A stretch of DNA of 64,000 nucleotides from a virus: IMG/VR virus record IMGVR_UViG_3300032285_000892, positions 32,001-96,000 of that record, one strand, 5' to 3'. Under the pieces are notes generated by a model, which was not told the DNA's origin, did no database searches, and saw only the letters and a program-made list of their open reading frames with translations. Shown here one piece after another: positions 10,067 through 20,569 of this stretch. Both the position numbers and the translations under genes were made by a program. The first letter of the stretch is position 1. Every line of letters begins with the position of its first letter.

Positions 10067-10813
10067 ATGGCAACATTAAGAAAACTAGTCTCGGATGTGC
10101 GTTCTATGCACAAGTTATTATCAACTGACAACTTGATAACAGATAGAGCTATATCATCTGAGGTTAGAAACTGCACTCTATTATTGGTTAAGCGTGAAAC
10201 AAATCTTCGTAAGCTTTGGGCTACAGATACTTTGTTCACTACAATACCATGTCTAGAGATGGTAGAAGTTCCTATTTCTGATTGTTGTGATTACACAGAT
10301 CCTTGCACTGTTGCTAGAAGTGTAGAAAGACTTCCTCGCATTGCAGAAGGAAACTATCAGTATCTCATCCAGGGAGTATGGTCAATCAACGCTATGGGCG
10401 GAACAGGTAAAAGATTTAAAGATATTACAATCAATAGATACTTGAACTTATTAAAGCTTCCATACATTAAGAACGAAAGTTATTTCTGGATAGTTGATGG
10501 ATACTTATACATCAGTGATCCATCATTATTAAAGGTTAGAATTGCAGCGTTATTTGAAGATGATCTTCCTCCTGAGGTTAGATACTCTGGTAAATGTGAA
10601 GAAGATATAACTGATGAAGAATGGTGCATGAATCCTTTAGATAGGCCATATGCTTGTCCTGGTTATCTTGAGAAACAAGTATTAGAATTAGCCTCTCAGA
10701 AGTTATTATCTACTTACTTTAGGATTACTGATGATAAGACTCAGAATAATAATGATGAGCAAGTTGCTGCTCCACAATACAGAACCAACCAAAGTAATTA
10801 TAATAATGGCTAG
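10067..10813 (+). CDS. crAss-like tail ring (tubular) protein
   Basis: 248 aa. It is the first gene of the ring / IHF-like / ring / muzzle block conserved in crAss-like phages (synteny inference). Confidence 0.6.
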   Translation: MATLRKLVSDVRSMHKLLSTDNLITDRAISSEVRNCTLLLVKRETNLRKLWATDTLFTTIPCLEMVEVPISDCCDYTDPCTVARSVERLPRIAEGNYQYLIQGVWSINAMGGTGKRFKDITINRYLNLLKLPYIKNESYFWIVDGYLYISDPSLLKVRIAALFEDDLPPEVRYSGKCEEDITDEEWCMNPLDRPYACPGYLEKQVLELASQKLLSTYFRITDDKTQNNNDEQVAAPQYRTNQSNYNNG

Positions 10814-11285
10814 AGTAAAGGTTGATTGGAGAAGCTCCAGCAAAGATAACTACAAAAACTTCTGTAAGAAGAACTCATCAGTAAAGATAAATTTTGATGA
10901 TTGGAGAAACATCATCTACTCATTCAGTGACGCATTCAAAAACTACATCTTGGAAAGTGGAGATAAAGCAAGGCTACCTTATGGCTTTGGTGAATTCTCT
11001 ATTAACAAGAAGAAGCGTAAGAAGTTTAAAATGGTTGAGGGCAAAGAGGTAATTAACTTACCAATTGATTGGCAGAAGAGTAGAGAGAAAGGTAAAAGAA
11101 TATATAACTTTAACTATCACACAGAAGGTTATTTCTTTGGTTGGATGTGGTTCAGAGAAAGTACAAGACTAAGAAATGTAGACCTTTGGTATTTTAAACC
11201 AAGTAGAAACACATCAAGATTATTATCTCATTATATCAAAACTGACGATAAGTATCAACATCTTTATAACGAGTGGAAAAAGTAA
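10806..11285 (+). CDS. IHF/HU-like protein of crAss-like tail modules
   Basis: The segment ILESGDKARLPYGFGEFSINKKKRK resembles the HU/IHF GxxVxLxGFGxF motif. The start was moved from 10731 to ATG 10806, which overlaps the upstream TAG. Confidence 0.7.
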   Translation: MARVKVDWRSSSKDNYKNFCKKNSSVKINFDDWRNIIYSFSDAFKNYILESGDKARLPYGFGEFSINKKKRKKFKMVEGKEVINLPIDWQKSREKGKRIYNFNYHTEGYFFGWMWFRESTRLRNVDLWYFKPSRNTSRLLSHYIKTDDKYQHLYNEWKK

Positions 11286-11291
11286 AATAAC

Positions 11292-12284
11292 ATGTCATAC
11301 TACTACAAATATAATTTCCTTTCTCCTGAGCCTGTATATTCTACAGTGAAAGAAGAGCTTAAGAGCTACTTTGATACAGGAGCTGTTGATGACTTAATGT
11401 TTCCCACTTATTTAGATAAATGTCTACGTAAGCTTGGTCGGAATAACTATGTTATCCGTGAAGTAATATTAGATGTATGGGACTTTGAAGCTCGTCTTCC
11501 AGATAACTTCTTTGCTGTAAGAGAAGCATGGATGTGTGCAGAGACACCATTAACTCCATATCAAACAGCTAATTCATTCTACTCTCAAGCATTCACTCAG
11601 ACCACTATTCAAGTGAGTCCTATTACAACAGACTGTGCTATTCCTAGTCCGTGCTGTGGCAATGTAGGATGTGATGGATCATGTATGCCTGAGATCATAG
11701 ATACAATATATAAGACTAATCAGCAAACGACACGTTCTATTACAAGAAACTATTTGATGCAACCTGGAAATATTAACGGTGCTGCTTATTGTAATTTAGA
11801 ATATGGATCAGGACAGGCATGTGTTTCTAATGCATGTGACTTTGATAATGGTCCTTCTCTTGCTTCTCGTAACACACCATTTTCATCTGCTGCTAATTCG
11901 TTTGACATTAGAGATAACAAGTTTGTTACTAATGTAAGATATGCAGTGATACATTTAGTATTTTATGCTACTGAGTACGATGCAGTAGGTAATCAAATGA
12001 TTCCTGACAACTTCCGTATCAGGGAATATATAGAATCATTCCTTAAATTTAAAGTTTTCGAAACCCTATCTAACCAACTAACTGATGAGACGTTTGAACA
12101 AATACAGAAGAAACTTGGCTATTATAAGCAACTTTCTGAGGAAGCATTCATTATGGCAGACATTGAGATAAAGAAGCAAGATGCTTGGACAAAACAACGT
12201 AGAATAAAGAACGATTTGAACAGATTCAATATGTACGAACTGCCAAATAGATCATATAGATATGGCCGCAGAAGAAACAACTAA
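11292..12284 (+). CDS. crAss-like tail tubular/ring protein with a Cys-rich insert (CAIPSPCCGNVGCDGSC)
   Basis: 330 aa, directly before and overlapping the muzzle gene. Identity from synteny. Confidence 0.6.
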   Translation: MSYYYKYNFLSPEPVYSTVKEELKSYFDTGAVDDLMFPTYLDKCLRKLGRNNYVIREVILDVWDFEARLPDNFFAVREAWMCAETPLTPYQTANSFYSQAFTQTTIQVSPITTDCAIPSPCCGNVGCDGSCMPEIIDTIYKTNQQTTRSITRNYLMQPGNINGAAYCNLEYGSGQACVSNACDFDNGPSLASRNTPFSSAANSFDIRDNKFVTNVRYAVIHLVFYATEYDAVGNQMIPDNFRIREYIESFLKFKVFETLSNQLTDETFEQIQKKLGYYKQLSEEAFIMADIEIKKQDAWTKQRRIKNDLNRFNMYELPNRSYRYGRRRNN

Positions 12285-15200
12285 TAAAGGAAACATTAAC
12301 GCAAATTACAATGTTGCCCAGACTGGTCTGAACATGGATAACACCATTGGTCAAATCAAGAAAGGTATGCTTACGTATGCGTTAAATGCCAATGTTGAAA
12401 ACTTTGATTCTAACTCTGTCAACTATCAGAATGAAGAGGGTAATGAAATATGCATAAATTTTCCTGAAGGGTATCAAGTTATAGGAAATCATTTCATTCC
12501 TGAAAAGAATAAGCATGTATTTTTTCTAGTTAATGCTACTACAGGTGAATCTGAGATTGGATACATGTATAACAATAACTGTGAATATGTATCTTATTTA
12601 AACTTACCATGTTTGAATTTTAATATCAATCATCCAATCCAAAAGGTAGTACATCGTATTACAAACTGTACTACAGAAATATATTGGACTGATGGATATA
12701 ATGTTAGAAGATATTTAGATATAGAGGGAGATGCTCCAACAAATTGTAATACATTAAGTATACAACCAAACTTTAGTATTCCACAATTAGATATACTTGA
12801 AGTTATAACAGGAGGAGAATTAGTTGCTGGTACATATCAGTTTGCTATTCAATACTGTGATGCATTAGGATTTGGATATACATCTTACTATTCAGTAACG
12901 AATCCTGTATCTATTGCTAATAATAAAATTGAGACTGCAGATTTTAATTATCCTGTAAATCAATCAATTAGATTACAAATCAGTAATCTAGAAATAAATG
13001 GATACTTTAAATACTATAACTTAGCAGTTATCAAATTCATTAATTCAATTGAATCAGTTGAGTTAATAGGGACATATTATATTGATACTGTAACCACTGA
13101 CATTACATATGCTGGACAAAACCAAACTCAAATCAGACTATCAATCAATGATATCTTTGAGAAGTTCCCATATTATGATATTGCTCAAGATGTAACAAGT
13201 GTTCAAGATATTCTTGTATGGGACCAACTTACATCTAATGATAGAGTTAACTATCAATCTATTGCTAGTAAAATCTCTTTAAAGTGGCAGACATACAAAC
13301 TTCCTGCTACAGAGAATTATTCTAATGAGATTAATACAGCTGAGTTGAGAGGATATCTTCGTGATGAAGTGTATGCTTTTGAAATTGTATTCTTGCTAAA
13401 GAATGGTAGACAAACAGATGGTTTTCATATCCCTGGTAGAGATCATATTCCATCTGACTTAGTTCCTATTCCAAGTACTAATCCTGACTTTATTGGTACA
13501 GGAACAACTGCTCCTACATGGCAGATATATAACACTGCATATGGAGTAACTGCTGCTACAGGATCGTCTATAAACAATGCTACGCCATATCAATATGGTG
13601 AGTTTGCGTATTGGCAGTCTGACGTAAAATATCCAAACAATCCACTTGTATGGGGAGATCTTGCTAATACATATATTCGTCATCATAAGTTTCCAGATAT
13701 TCTTGTAAGTCCTGCATTTGATAGTCCTACACCAACAATTGTTGCTGGTAAGTATGATGTTTACATGCAGACCAGTGCAGCTGTATATCCTATGGGTGTA
13801 CGGATTGATACTGCTCAAGTACAAGCAGCAATTGCTCAAGCTGTCACTGATCATAAAATCACTCAAGCAGAAGCAGATAATATTGCAGGATATAAAATTG
13901 TACGTGCTAATAGATCAACTAATAAGTCTATTATAGGTAAAGGAATTCTACGTAACGTAGGTAAATACAATCGTAATGGTACTGATTATTACTTTCCTAA
14001 CTATCCTTATAATGACTTAAGAAAAGATCCATTTCTTCTTGAGAACAATAACGCATATGGTAGCCAAACTATCAATTGGAAACTATCTGTAACTGTTGCA
14101 GGACAAGCTCAAATTACTAACCCTTACACTAATCAGTTACAAACAATTAATCTCACTGTAACAGGAATTGGTGAACTACTAACAATTTGTTCACTAACTA
14201 AACCTAAATCATTAGGTACAGCAGTATTTGTTGCAGCAGATCCATATAGTCCAGTAAATGTACAAGGTGATAGTAATTTTTTTGAGCAACAAAAAACATA
14301 CGTTATTGTTAATAACAATCCAATAGACTTAGGATTTTTATATGCAAAAACTGGAAACTTACCATATACCTTTTATTCATATACTGCTCCTGCATACAGT
14401 GTTACATACTTATCAGCATGGTCTCCTCCAACTTTACTTGCACCAGCTGGTGCTGTTAATTATATAGTTGGTGGAAGTGATACAGTTAATCCTGAGTGTT
14501 TACCTGCTAACTTAAATGCATTTGCTACAGATGAATCTAAGTACAGACAAATCTTTAATTCTCCTGAAACTTCTTTTGGACAGCCTACATTAGGATCTGT
14601 TCTTAAGATAGAGAATGTATTGTTTGGTGCAGGAAATTCTCACTTTGTAAAGGTTACAAATAATGCAAAGTATAAACTATTAACAAAAGATATTCAATAT
14701 CAAGCATTGTTAACTAGTTATACAACAGCTAATGCAGTTGCTCCATTTAATGCCACTGCAATGTTTACAATGTACCAAGCATATTTAACTGTTTGGATTA
14801 ATGGCATCAATAGACAAAACTTTGCGTATTCATACAACTCTATAGCTACATATGATTATCAAGCACCTGTTACTAATAGTGGATACAAACAACGTCCATT
14901 AGATAGATATCAATACATATCTCCTGGTGTTCAATCTGTTAGTGATATACATGATGTTAATAATTTCCAAAGAGAATCTTCTGTTTATCTTAGAACTGAT
15001 TTAACTAAATCAGCATTACCTTTTCCTGATAAAGTTCCTTCAGTGATGTCAAGATCAAACAGTTTAATTAGTGATGAATCTAGATTAACTGTAGGACAGA
15101 TGGGTAACTGTGGTACTCCAGAACATCTAGAAAAGATTAAAGTAATATCTTATTATGCATCATTAAAAAATATTATTCCTGGTCAGTATGGTCAGATATA

Positions 15201-16746
15201 TACATATCAAACTATTGACACAGGATTCCAAGTAGATTTAGATAATCTTCCTGGAGTTACTACTGTATTTGGCGGTGATACATTCATCTCTCGTTTTGCA
15301 TTCAAGACTAAACTTCCATTCTTTATTGATAACAGAGTGGGTGCTCCTGATGATAGTGATATAAACTATGATGAGATCGGTAATGTTGCTTATCCACAAT
15401 ACTGGCATTCTGCAAGGTCTGTATTATTTAATTTTAATAAACCTGTAATTAATGCAAGCATTGGTACACTAGATAACATGATATCAATCAAAGCTCATAA
15501 CTTTGATTGCGGTTGGATTGATCCTATAGTTCCTTATTCTATTACTACAACAACTACTACTATTATTGGTGGAACAAGTCCAGGTACTTTAAATTCTGGA
15601 TACAATGGTAAGTTCTATCTATTTGCATATGGTATTCCTTATTTCTATTGTGAGAGTAGTATTAATTTAGATTTACGTCAAGCATTTAATAATAGAGAAG
15701 GGGACTTTTATCCTCGTGTAAGTTCTGGTATTCCAGATAACTGGTTACAGCAGATTCACGTACCTATTGAGTTTGATAATACATACACTTATAATGTAAG
15801 CTACTCTAAACAGAATACAGATAATTACTTTTCTCATCTACCTGCAAACTGGGATGATAGTCAATGTAATACAATTTTTCCATTTAGAGCAATCTATTCA
15901 GATGCACAGAGTTCTGATCCAACAGTTAAAGTAAATAACTGGTTGATATATCGTCCTATATCATTCTTTGATTTTCCTCAGAACTATGGAGACTTAGTAT
16001 CTTTGGATGGGATTCAAAACAAAGCTGTGCTTGCTCGTTTTGAGAATAAGTCATTGTTATACAATACAATGCTTACAATCAATACAAGTAATCCTCAAGC
16101 TGCTTACTTGGGTAATGATTCATTATTTAGAAGTGCTCCTCCAATTGACTTTGCTGAAACAGATTTAGGATATGTAGGATCTCAGAACAAGATGTTATTA
16201 AAGATTCCTCAAGGTCAGATAACAATTGATGCTAAACGTGGACAGATTTTCTTAATCTCAGGAAATCAAGCTGATGATCTTACAGCATTTGGATCAGGTG
16301 TTAACCGATTCATGACGGATCACTTGGCATTTGAAATAATAAGATATTTCCCAAATGCTGATACTGATAACAATTTCAGTAAGGTGGGAATACATGGTGT
16401 ATATGATAGTAAGTATGATCGAGTGATCATCTCTAAGCTTGACTATATTCCACAGCCTGAATGGATATCAACAATGACTTATAATACTGTCACTAAAGAA
16501 TATGAAGTGAATGGTACTGTAGTACAATTGTCAGATCCTAAATACTTTTGTAATAAATCTTGGACTCTTTCATTCAATATGAATACAAAGAGTTGGATAA
16601 GTTTCCATAGCTATATTCCTAATTACTATATAGCTGAGAATAACTTCTTCTATTCAGGATTAAACGAAGGATGCAATCTTGATTTTGTAGCTGCTGAAGA
16701 GATATCATCAACTTGTGAATTAGCTGGAACTGCAATAACACCATAA
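12262..16746 (+). CDS. Tail stabilisation / muzzle protein, N-terminal part
   Basis: 1494 aa. Contains motifs typical of crAss-like muzzle proteins (GLNMD...YALNA, YQFAIQY, GGDTFISRF, KSWTLSF..KSWISFHSYIPNYY). Position matches. Confidence 0.75.
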   Translation: MAAEETTNKGNINANYNVAQTGLNMDNTIGQIKKGMLTYALNANVENFDSNSVNYQNEEGNEICINFPEGYQVIGNHFIPEKNKHVFFLVNATTGESEIGYMYNNNCEYVSYLNLPCLNFNINHPIQKVVHRITNCTTEIYWTDGYNVRRYLDIEGDAPTNCNTLSIQPNFSIPQLDILEVITGGELVAGTYQFAIQYCDALGFGYTSYYSVTNPVSIANNKIETADFNYPVNQSIRLQISNLEINGYFKYYNLAVIKFINSIESVELIGTYYIDTVTTDITYAGQNQTQIRLSINDIFEKFPYYDIAQDVTSVQDILVWDQLTSNDRVNYQSIASKISLKWQTYKLPATENYSNEINTAELRGYLRDEVYAFEIVFLLKNGRQTDGFHIPGRDHIPSDLVPIPSTNPDFIGTGTTAPTWQIYNTAYGVTAATGSSINNATPYQYGEFAYWQSDVKYPNNPLVWGDLANTYIRHHKFPDILVSPAFDSPTPTIVAGKYDVYMQTSAAVYPMGVRIDTAQVQAAIAQAVTDHKITQAEADNIAGYKIVRANRSTNKSIIGKGILRNVGKYNRNGTDYYFPNYPYNDLRKDPFLLENNNAYGSQTINWKLSVTVAGQAQITNPYTNQLQTINLTVTGIGELLTICSLTKPKSLGTAVFVAADPYSPVNVQGDSNFFEQQKTYVIVNNNPIDLGFLYAKTGNLPYTFYSYTAPAYSVTYLSAWSPPTLLAPAGAVNYIVGGSDTVNPECLPANLNAFATDESKYRQIFNSPETSFGQPTLGSVLKIENVLFGAGNSHFVKVTNNAKYKLLTKDIQYQALLTSYTTANAVAPFNATAMFTMYQAYLTVWINGINRQNFAYSYNSIATYDYQAPVTNSGYKQRPLDRYQYISPGVQSVSDIHDVNNFQRESSVYLRTDLTKSALPFPDKVPSVMSRSNSLISDESRLTVGQMGNCGTPEHLEKIKVISYYASLKNIIPGQYGQIYTYQTIDTGFQVDLDNLPGVTTVFGGDTFISRFAFKTKLPFFIDNRVGAPDDSDINYDEIGNVAYPQYWHSARSVLFNFNKPVINASIGTLDNMISIKAHNFDCGWIDPIVPYSITTTTTTIIGGTSPGTLNSGYNGKFYLFAYGIPYFYCESSINLDLRQAFNNREGDFYPRVSSGIPDNWLQQIHVPIEFDNTYTYNVSYSKQNTDNYFSHLPANWDDSQCNTIFPFRAIYSDAQSSDPTVKVNNWLIYRPISFFDFPQNYGDLVSLDGIQNKAVLARFENKSLLYNTMLTINTSNPQAAYLGNDSLFRSAPPIDFAETDLGYVGSQNKMLLKIPQGQITIDAKRGQIFLISGNQADDLTAFGSGVNRFMTDHLAFEIIRYFPNADTDNNFSKVGIHGVYDSKYDRVIISKLDYIPQPEWISTMTYNTVTKEYEVNGTVVQLSDPKYFCNKSWTLSFNMNTKSWISFHSYIPNYYIAENNFFYSGLNEGCNLDFVAAEEISSTCELAGTAITP

Positions 16747-16757
16747 ATAGAATACTA

Positions 16758-17687
16758 ATGCCTAGATGTAATTTATCGGGAACTGCTGTAGATACTTGTG
16801 CAATAATTGGCAATGCCCTTTTATTAAGAAAGGTGTTTGTTAAAATAACAGAGATGGGTTATAGAACAAGCTACTTTAATGTTACTGATGATTTAGGTAA
16901 CGTTTTAGGAACTAATGTCTATAAGAACAATTTATGCACTGGTATTTATTATTATGTTCCATATAATGCTACAGAAATTATTCTTGAATCATTAGGTAAA
17001 TGTAAGTTCTTTTTGCATAAAGATATCATTGAATTAACTGCTCAACAGATTGCTAATCTTACATGTAATGCAGTTAATACAGGAACTCTTTGGCGTCATC
17101 TCACTGATGTAAGATTAACTAATAACTTCTACGGAAATATAGAACCTTACATTATTGAGTATCCGTTTATGTATCAATATCATGATGAGATATTACAGAA
17201 TGTAAAAGACTATACACGTGCATATAAGTATCTGCCTATACCTGATGGTGTATATAATGATAATGCTAAGATCCAAACAGATAATCAATACTTCAACAAA
17301 GTAATTATTTACAATGGACAACAGTGTTCAGGTATGTTAGAATTAGTTAAGAAACCATTGAATAACTTAGCTGCTTATAATCAGTATCCAATATATAATG
17401 CGGAAAGCAAAACTATTCTTTATACTAAGAGTGATAGCTTCTATCAATACAATACATTCTGGAATGTAGTGATTGATAAAGAAGAGCCATTGTTTAATGT
17501 TAGTTGTGAGTCATTATCTATTGATAAAGTACTCAACCAAGACAATATGAACTATGGTGTAAAATCATTCAATAAAGATACAATGAGAGCTAAAGGTGTA
17601 TTGATAAGACACATCTTAGATGATACATCAAACGCTCACCTTGTTAGTCAATTCATTATAGCTCCAAGTCAAATCTCTTACAAGTAA
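16758..17687 (+). CDS. Muzzle protein C-terminal part, encoded as a separate ORF in another frame
   Basis: Contains LWRH...NNFYG..EPYIIEYPF, which I recognise as normally following the SWISFHSY region within one muzzle polypeptide. Starts 11 nt after the upstream stop. Confidence 0.6.
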   Translation: MPRCNLSGTAVDTCAIIGNALLLRKVFVKITEMGYRTSYFNVTDDLGNVLGTNVYKNNLCTGIYYYVPYNATEIILESLGKCKFFLHKDIIELTAQQIANLTCNAVNTGTLWRHLTDVRLTNNFYGNIEPYIIEYPFMYQYHDEILQNVKDYTRAYKYLPIPDGVYNDNAKIQTDNQYFNKVIIYNGQQCSGMLELVKKPLNNLAAYNQYPIYNAESKTILYTKSDSFYQYNTFWNVVIDKEEPLFNVSCESLSIDKVLNQDNMNYGVKSFNKDTMRAKGVLIRHILDDTSNAHLVSQFIIAPSQISYK

Positions 17688-20569
17688 TGGCAATAGAAAA
17701 ACCTAAAGGCTGGCTAGATAAATACAGTGACAATGTTGCTGCAAGCGATGCTACACGTGTTAGTAAACAACTAACTCCTACAAATAAGAATAAAGTAACC
17801 CAAGCTCAATTAGATGAAAGAGAGGCTCAAGAACGTAGAAAAAGAATTGCTTTATCTAATTCACGTCAAGCAAATGACTTTGATAAACCTGCTGAGGATC
17901 TTGCTACATATTCATCAGCCACTGCAGATAAACTAAGATTCTCAGACTATCCTAACTTCTTTGATGATTATATTAATCCTGGGGTACAGTTTGGTCACTT
18001 AGCTTCTGGCTTAGGACAAGTTCCATTGAATATTAAAAATAAACAATGGGGAGAAGCTGCTATGAATGTATTTAATCCTGTATTAGCAGGTGCTGGAGAA
18101 GCTGTATTAGAACCTGCAATATCACAATATATAACAGATCCTGCAAAGAAGTATGTATTAAATCCTGCATTAAAGAAAGCAAAGAAGTTAGTATTAGGTG
18201 ATAAACCTAAAGTAGCTAGAGAGATCCCTACAGTTAGACCATCTCATGAGATAGATGATTTATCTGGTACAAATATAGGTAGAAGTTTTTATGATGAAGC
18301 TGGTCAATATGTTACTCCTGAAATTGCAGAAGCGTTCAAGCTTCCTTTGTACAAGCCAGGATCAGGAGCAGGAATAATAGACTTTTCAAATATTAAAACA
18401 GGAAAGCAATTAAGAAAAGCTGTAAATGATAAAAATGTAAGTCATCTATTTGAAAGAAATAAGTTAATGCATGGTTGTAAGTCAGATGCAGAATGTGCAA
18501 GACTTGCTAATGCAATAGCATCTTCTGTACATAATAAAGTTTCACCTGATGATCTTTATGATTATTCTGCTAATGCTGACAATGCATGGTATACAACTAA
18601 TCAGATGTTAAAGAATAATGGAGAAGTAGTATACAATGAAGGGGTACATGGTCCATTAACTGCAGATCATTTAGAAAATCTACAAGTGGGTGATCAGGTA
18701 ATGATTGGTCCAGACTCACCAACTCCTCATCCTTCTTACTCTAGTGCTACAGGAAACTATAAAGAACCTAAAGTTAACCATAGAGCAACTGTTACTGGTG
18801 TTGATGAGAATGGCAATTTTTTAATTTCTGAAAGCTTTAATGGTAAATTGGTAACAGTACCTATACAGAACAATCTTTATTATAATGCTAATTCTAACTT
18901 TGGAATTAGAAGTATAATAAGACCTAGTCAATTTAAAGATAAAGCAGGAAGTATTGTTCAAAAGGCTGTAGAGAATGATTTGAACCTGAATAGAGGTACG
19001 ATGAACTTTGAGGTGAGTCCTGAACTAAAACCATACAAAGAGATTTATGATAAAGTAAAACCAACACTTATTGGTAACTTAGGTATTAATGCTGATGAGG
19101 CTGATCAAATCTTTAGACATGTATTAGGTATTGGTGTTCAAGAATCTAAGATGTCTGGTAAGATGGCTAAAGGTTTAAGTAAAGCCAAGGTATTGATTCA
19201 AGATAAACTAAGAGAAGCAGGATTAACTAAACCTGTTAAAGAGGTTATGAATCTTGCCAAGAAGTATGGTAATAGAAAGTATGAAGAGAATCCAGATTTA
19301 CTTCCTTTCCCAGGAAATAGTAAGGTACAGATGGAGGCTAATAAACTATCACAAAGTACAGGTATATCAGTTGACGATGCATTAGATCAATTATACACTA
19401 ATACTTATAATAGACCTAAGCCTTTTGCTCTATCTGATACAGATCCTTCTATTGGTACATTTAGACAAAAGCATTTATCTAAAACTGCAAAGAGACTAGG
19501 ATTAAAAGAAAGTGATTTTCCAGTGGGTAAAGGTAGCAAGAATGCATTCTACAATAATCCTGAGAATGAATTGATGGCAGCCTTTGCTAACTTCTATGAT
19601 ATTAAGAAAGGACTGAAGAAAAAGAATCCTGATTGGAGTGAGCAGAAGTTACATGACATGGCTACATTATCTTGGAACTCTCCAAGTAAAGCTAATAATC
19701 CTGAGCTTGTAGATTACTTCTATGAGTTTAAAGATAACCCTACCTTTGAAGGATTTGATTACTTAAACAAGGTGAAGAAAAACATTCAGACTCACACACC
19801 TTTAAAGTCAGTTACTCCTAATAACTATTCACCTAGAGCACCATTCTTACAGTTCAATGATGGAGGCCCTGTTCAACCTAATTATAATGATTACAGTGTA
19901 TCAGCAGGACCAGACTTTGAAGGTGATGGATATAGTAACAGAGGACGTAATTATTCTCCTGCATGGGGAGGACAGTTTGAACAAGGTGGTAAAGTTCCTT
20001 TTGACCAATGGTATAAAACAGTTCCTAAAGCTAAGAATGATACAATAAACTATAACTTAAGAAGAGCTTATGACCTAGCTCCTCAGAAAGATTTAGATGC
20101 TTTTGTAAAAGATCCTAATGCTCATTTAATGACTGCATATGAAAACCCAGAAACAGGTATATATGAGTTCATGAAATCTAAACATCATTCAACCATAAAC
20201 AAAGAGTTAGATTGGTACAAGAGTAAAGGGGGTAAAGATTTTAGAAACAAATACGATCTTGATACAACTGGTGATTACTATCGGTATGTACCAAAACAAT
20301 TTGCTATGGGAGGATCTATGCCAGGAGCTGTAGGATTCACATACGCACGTGTAGCAGGAGCTGCTCCTGACAATGGTAAGTATGCTAAGAAGACAAAAGC
20401 TTCTGCAGAGAATGGAGCAGAGATGAGATACTATCAAGAAGGGCTTGACTTCAAACCTAAGACTATTTCCAGAGATGGTAGTCAGTTGGTAAAACTGGAT
20501 CAATTAACTAACTTTACAAATTACAACACTAAACAACCAGGGGGCTGGTTAGATAAATATGAAGGCTAA
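17687..20569 (+). CDS. Modular ejected (cargo) protein with CHAP/NlpC-like and lysozyme/SLT-like domains
   Basis: Cys270 (ECARLAN) and His365 (NHRATVTGVDENGNFLISES). GVQES...SIGTFRQ...YNNP..N..AA...SWNS...DYLNKV. GWLDKY occurs at both termini. Confidence 0.6.
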   Translation: MAIEKPKGWLDKYSDNVAASDATRVSKQLTPTNKNKVTQAQLDEREAQERRKRIALSNSRQANDFDKPAEDLATYSSATADKLRFSDYPNFFDDYINPGVQFGHLASGLGQVPLNIKNKQWGEAAMNVFNPVLAGAGEAVLEPAISQYITDPAKKYVLNPALKKAKKLVLGDKPKVAREIPTVRPSHEIDDLSGTNIGRSFYDEAGQYVTPEIAEAFKLPLYKPGSGAGIIDFSNIKTGKQLRKAVNDKNVSHLFERNKLMHGCKSDAECARLANAIASSVHNKVSPDDLYDYSANADNAWYTTNQMLKNNGEVVYNEGVHGPLTADHLENLQVGDQVMIGPDSPTPHPSYSSATGNYKEPKVNHRATVTGVDENGNFLISESFNGKLVTVPIQNNLYYNANSNFGIRSIIRPSQFKDKAGSIVQKAVENDLNLNRGTMNFEVSPELKPYKEIYDKVKPTLIGNLGINADEADQIFRHVLGIGVQESKMSGKMAKGLSKAKVLIQDKLREAGLTKPVKEVMNLAKKYGNRKYEENPDLLPFPGNSKVQMEANKLSQSTGISVDDALDQLYTNTYNRPKPFALSDTDPSIGTFRQKHLSKTAKRLGLKESDFPVGKGSKNAFYNNPENELMAAFANFYDIKKGLKKKNPDWSEQKLHDMATLSWNSPSKANNPELVDYFYEFKDNPTFEGFDYLNKVKKNIQTHTPLKSVTPNNYSPRAPFLQFNDGGPVQPNYNDYSVSAGPDFEGDGYSNRGRNYSPAWGGQFEQGGKVPFDQWYKTVPKAKNDTINYNLRRAYDLAPQKDLDAFVKDPNAHLMTAYENPETGIYEFMKSKHHSTINKELDWYKSKGGKDFRNKYDLDTTGDYYRYVPKQFAMGGSMPGAVGFTYARVAGAAPDNGKYAKKTKASAENGAEMRYYQEGLDFKPKTISRDGSQLVKLDQLTNFTNYNTKQPGGWLDKYEG

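Noticed and set aside
10731-10805. ORF-track start positions at 10731, 51403, 55839, 63088 and 63168
   Set aside because: These upstream extensions overlap neighbouring genes or promoters and read as non-protein-like. Downstream ATGs (10806, 51418, 55902, 63172, 63120) fit better.
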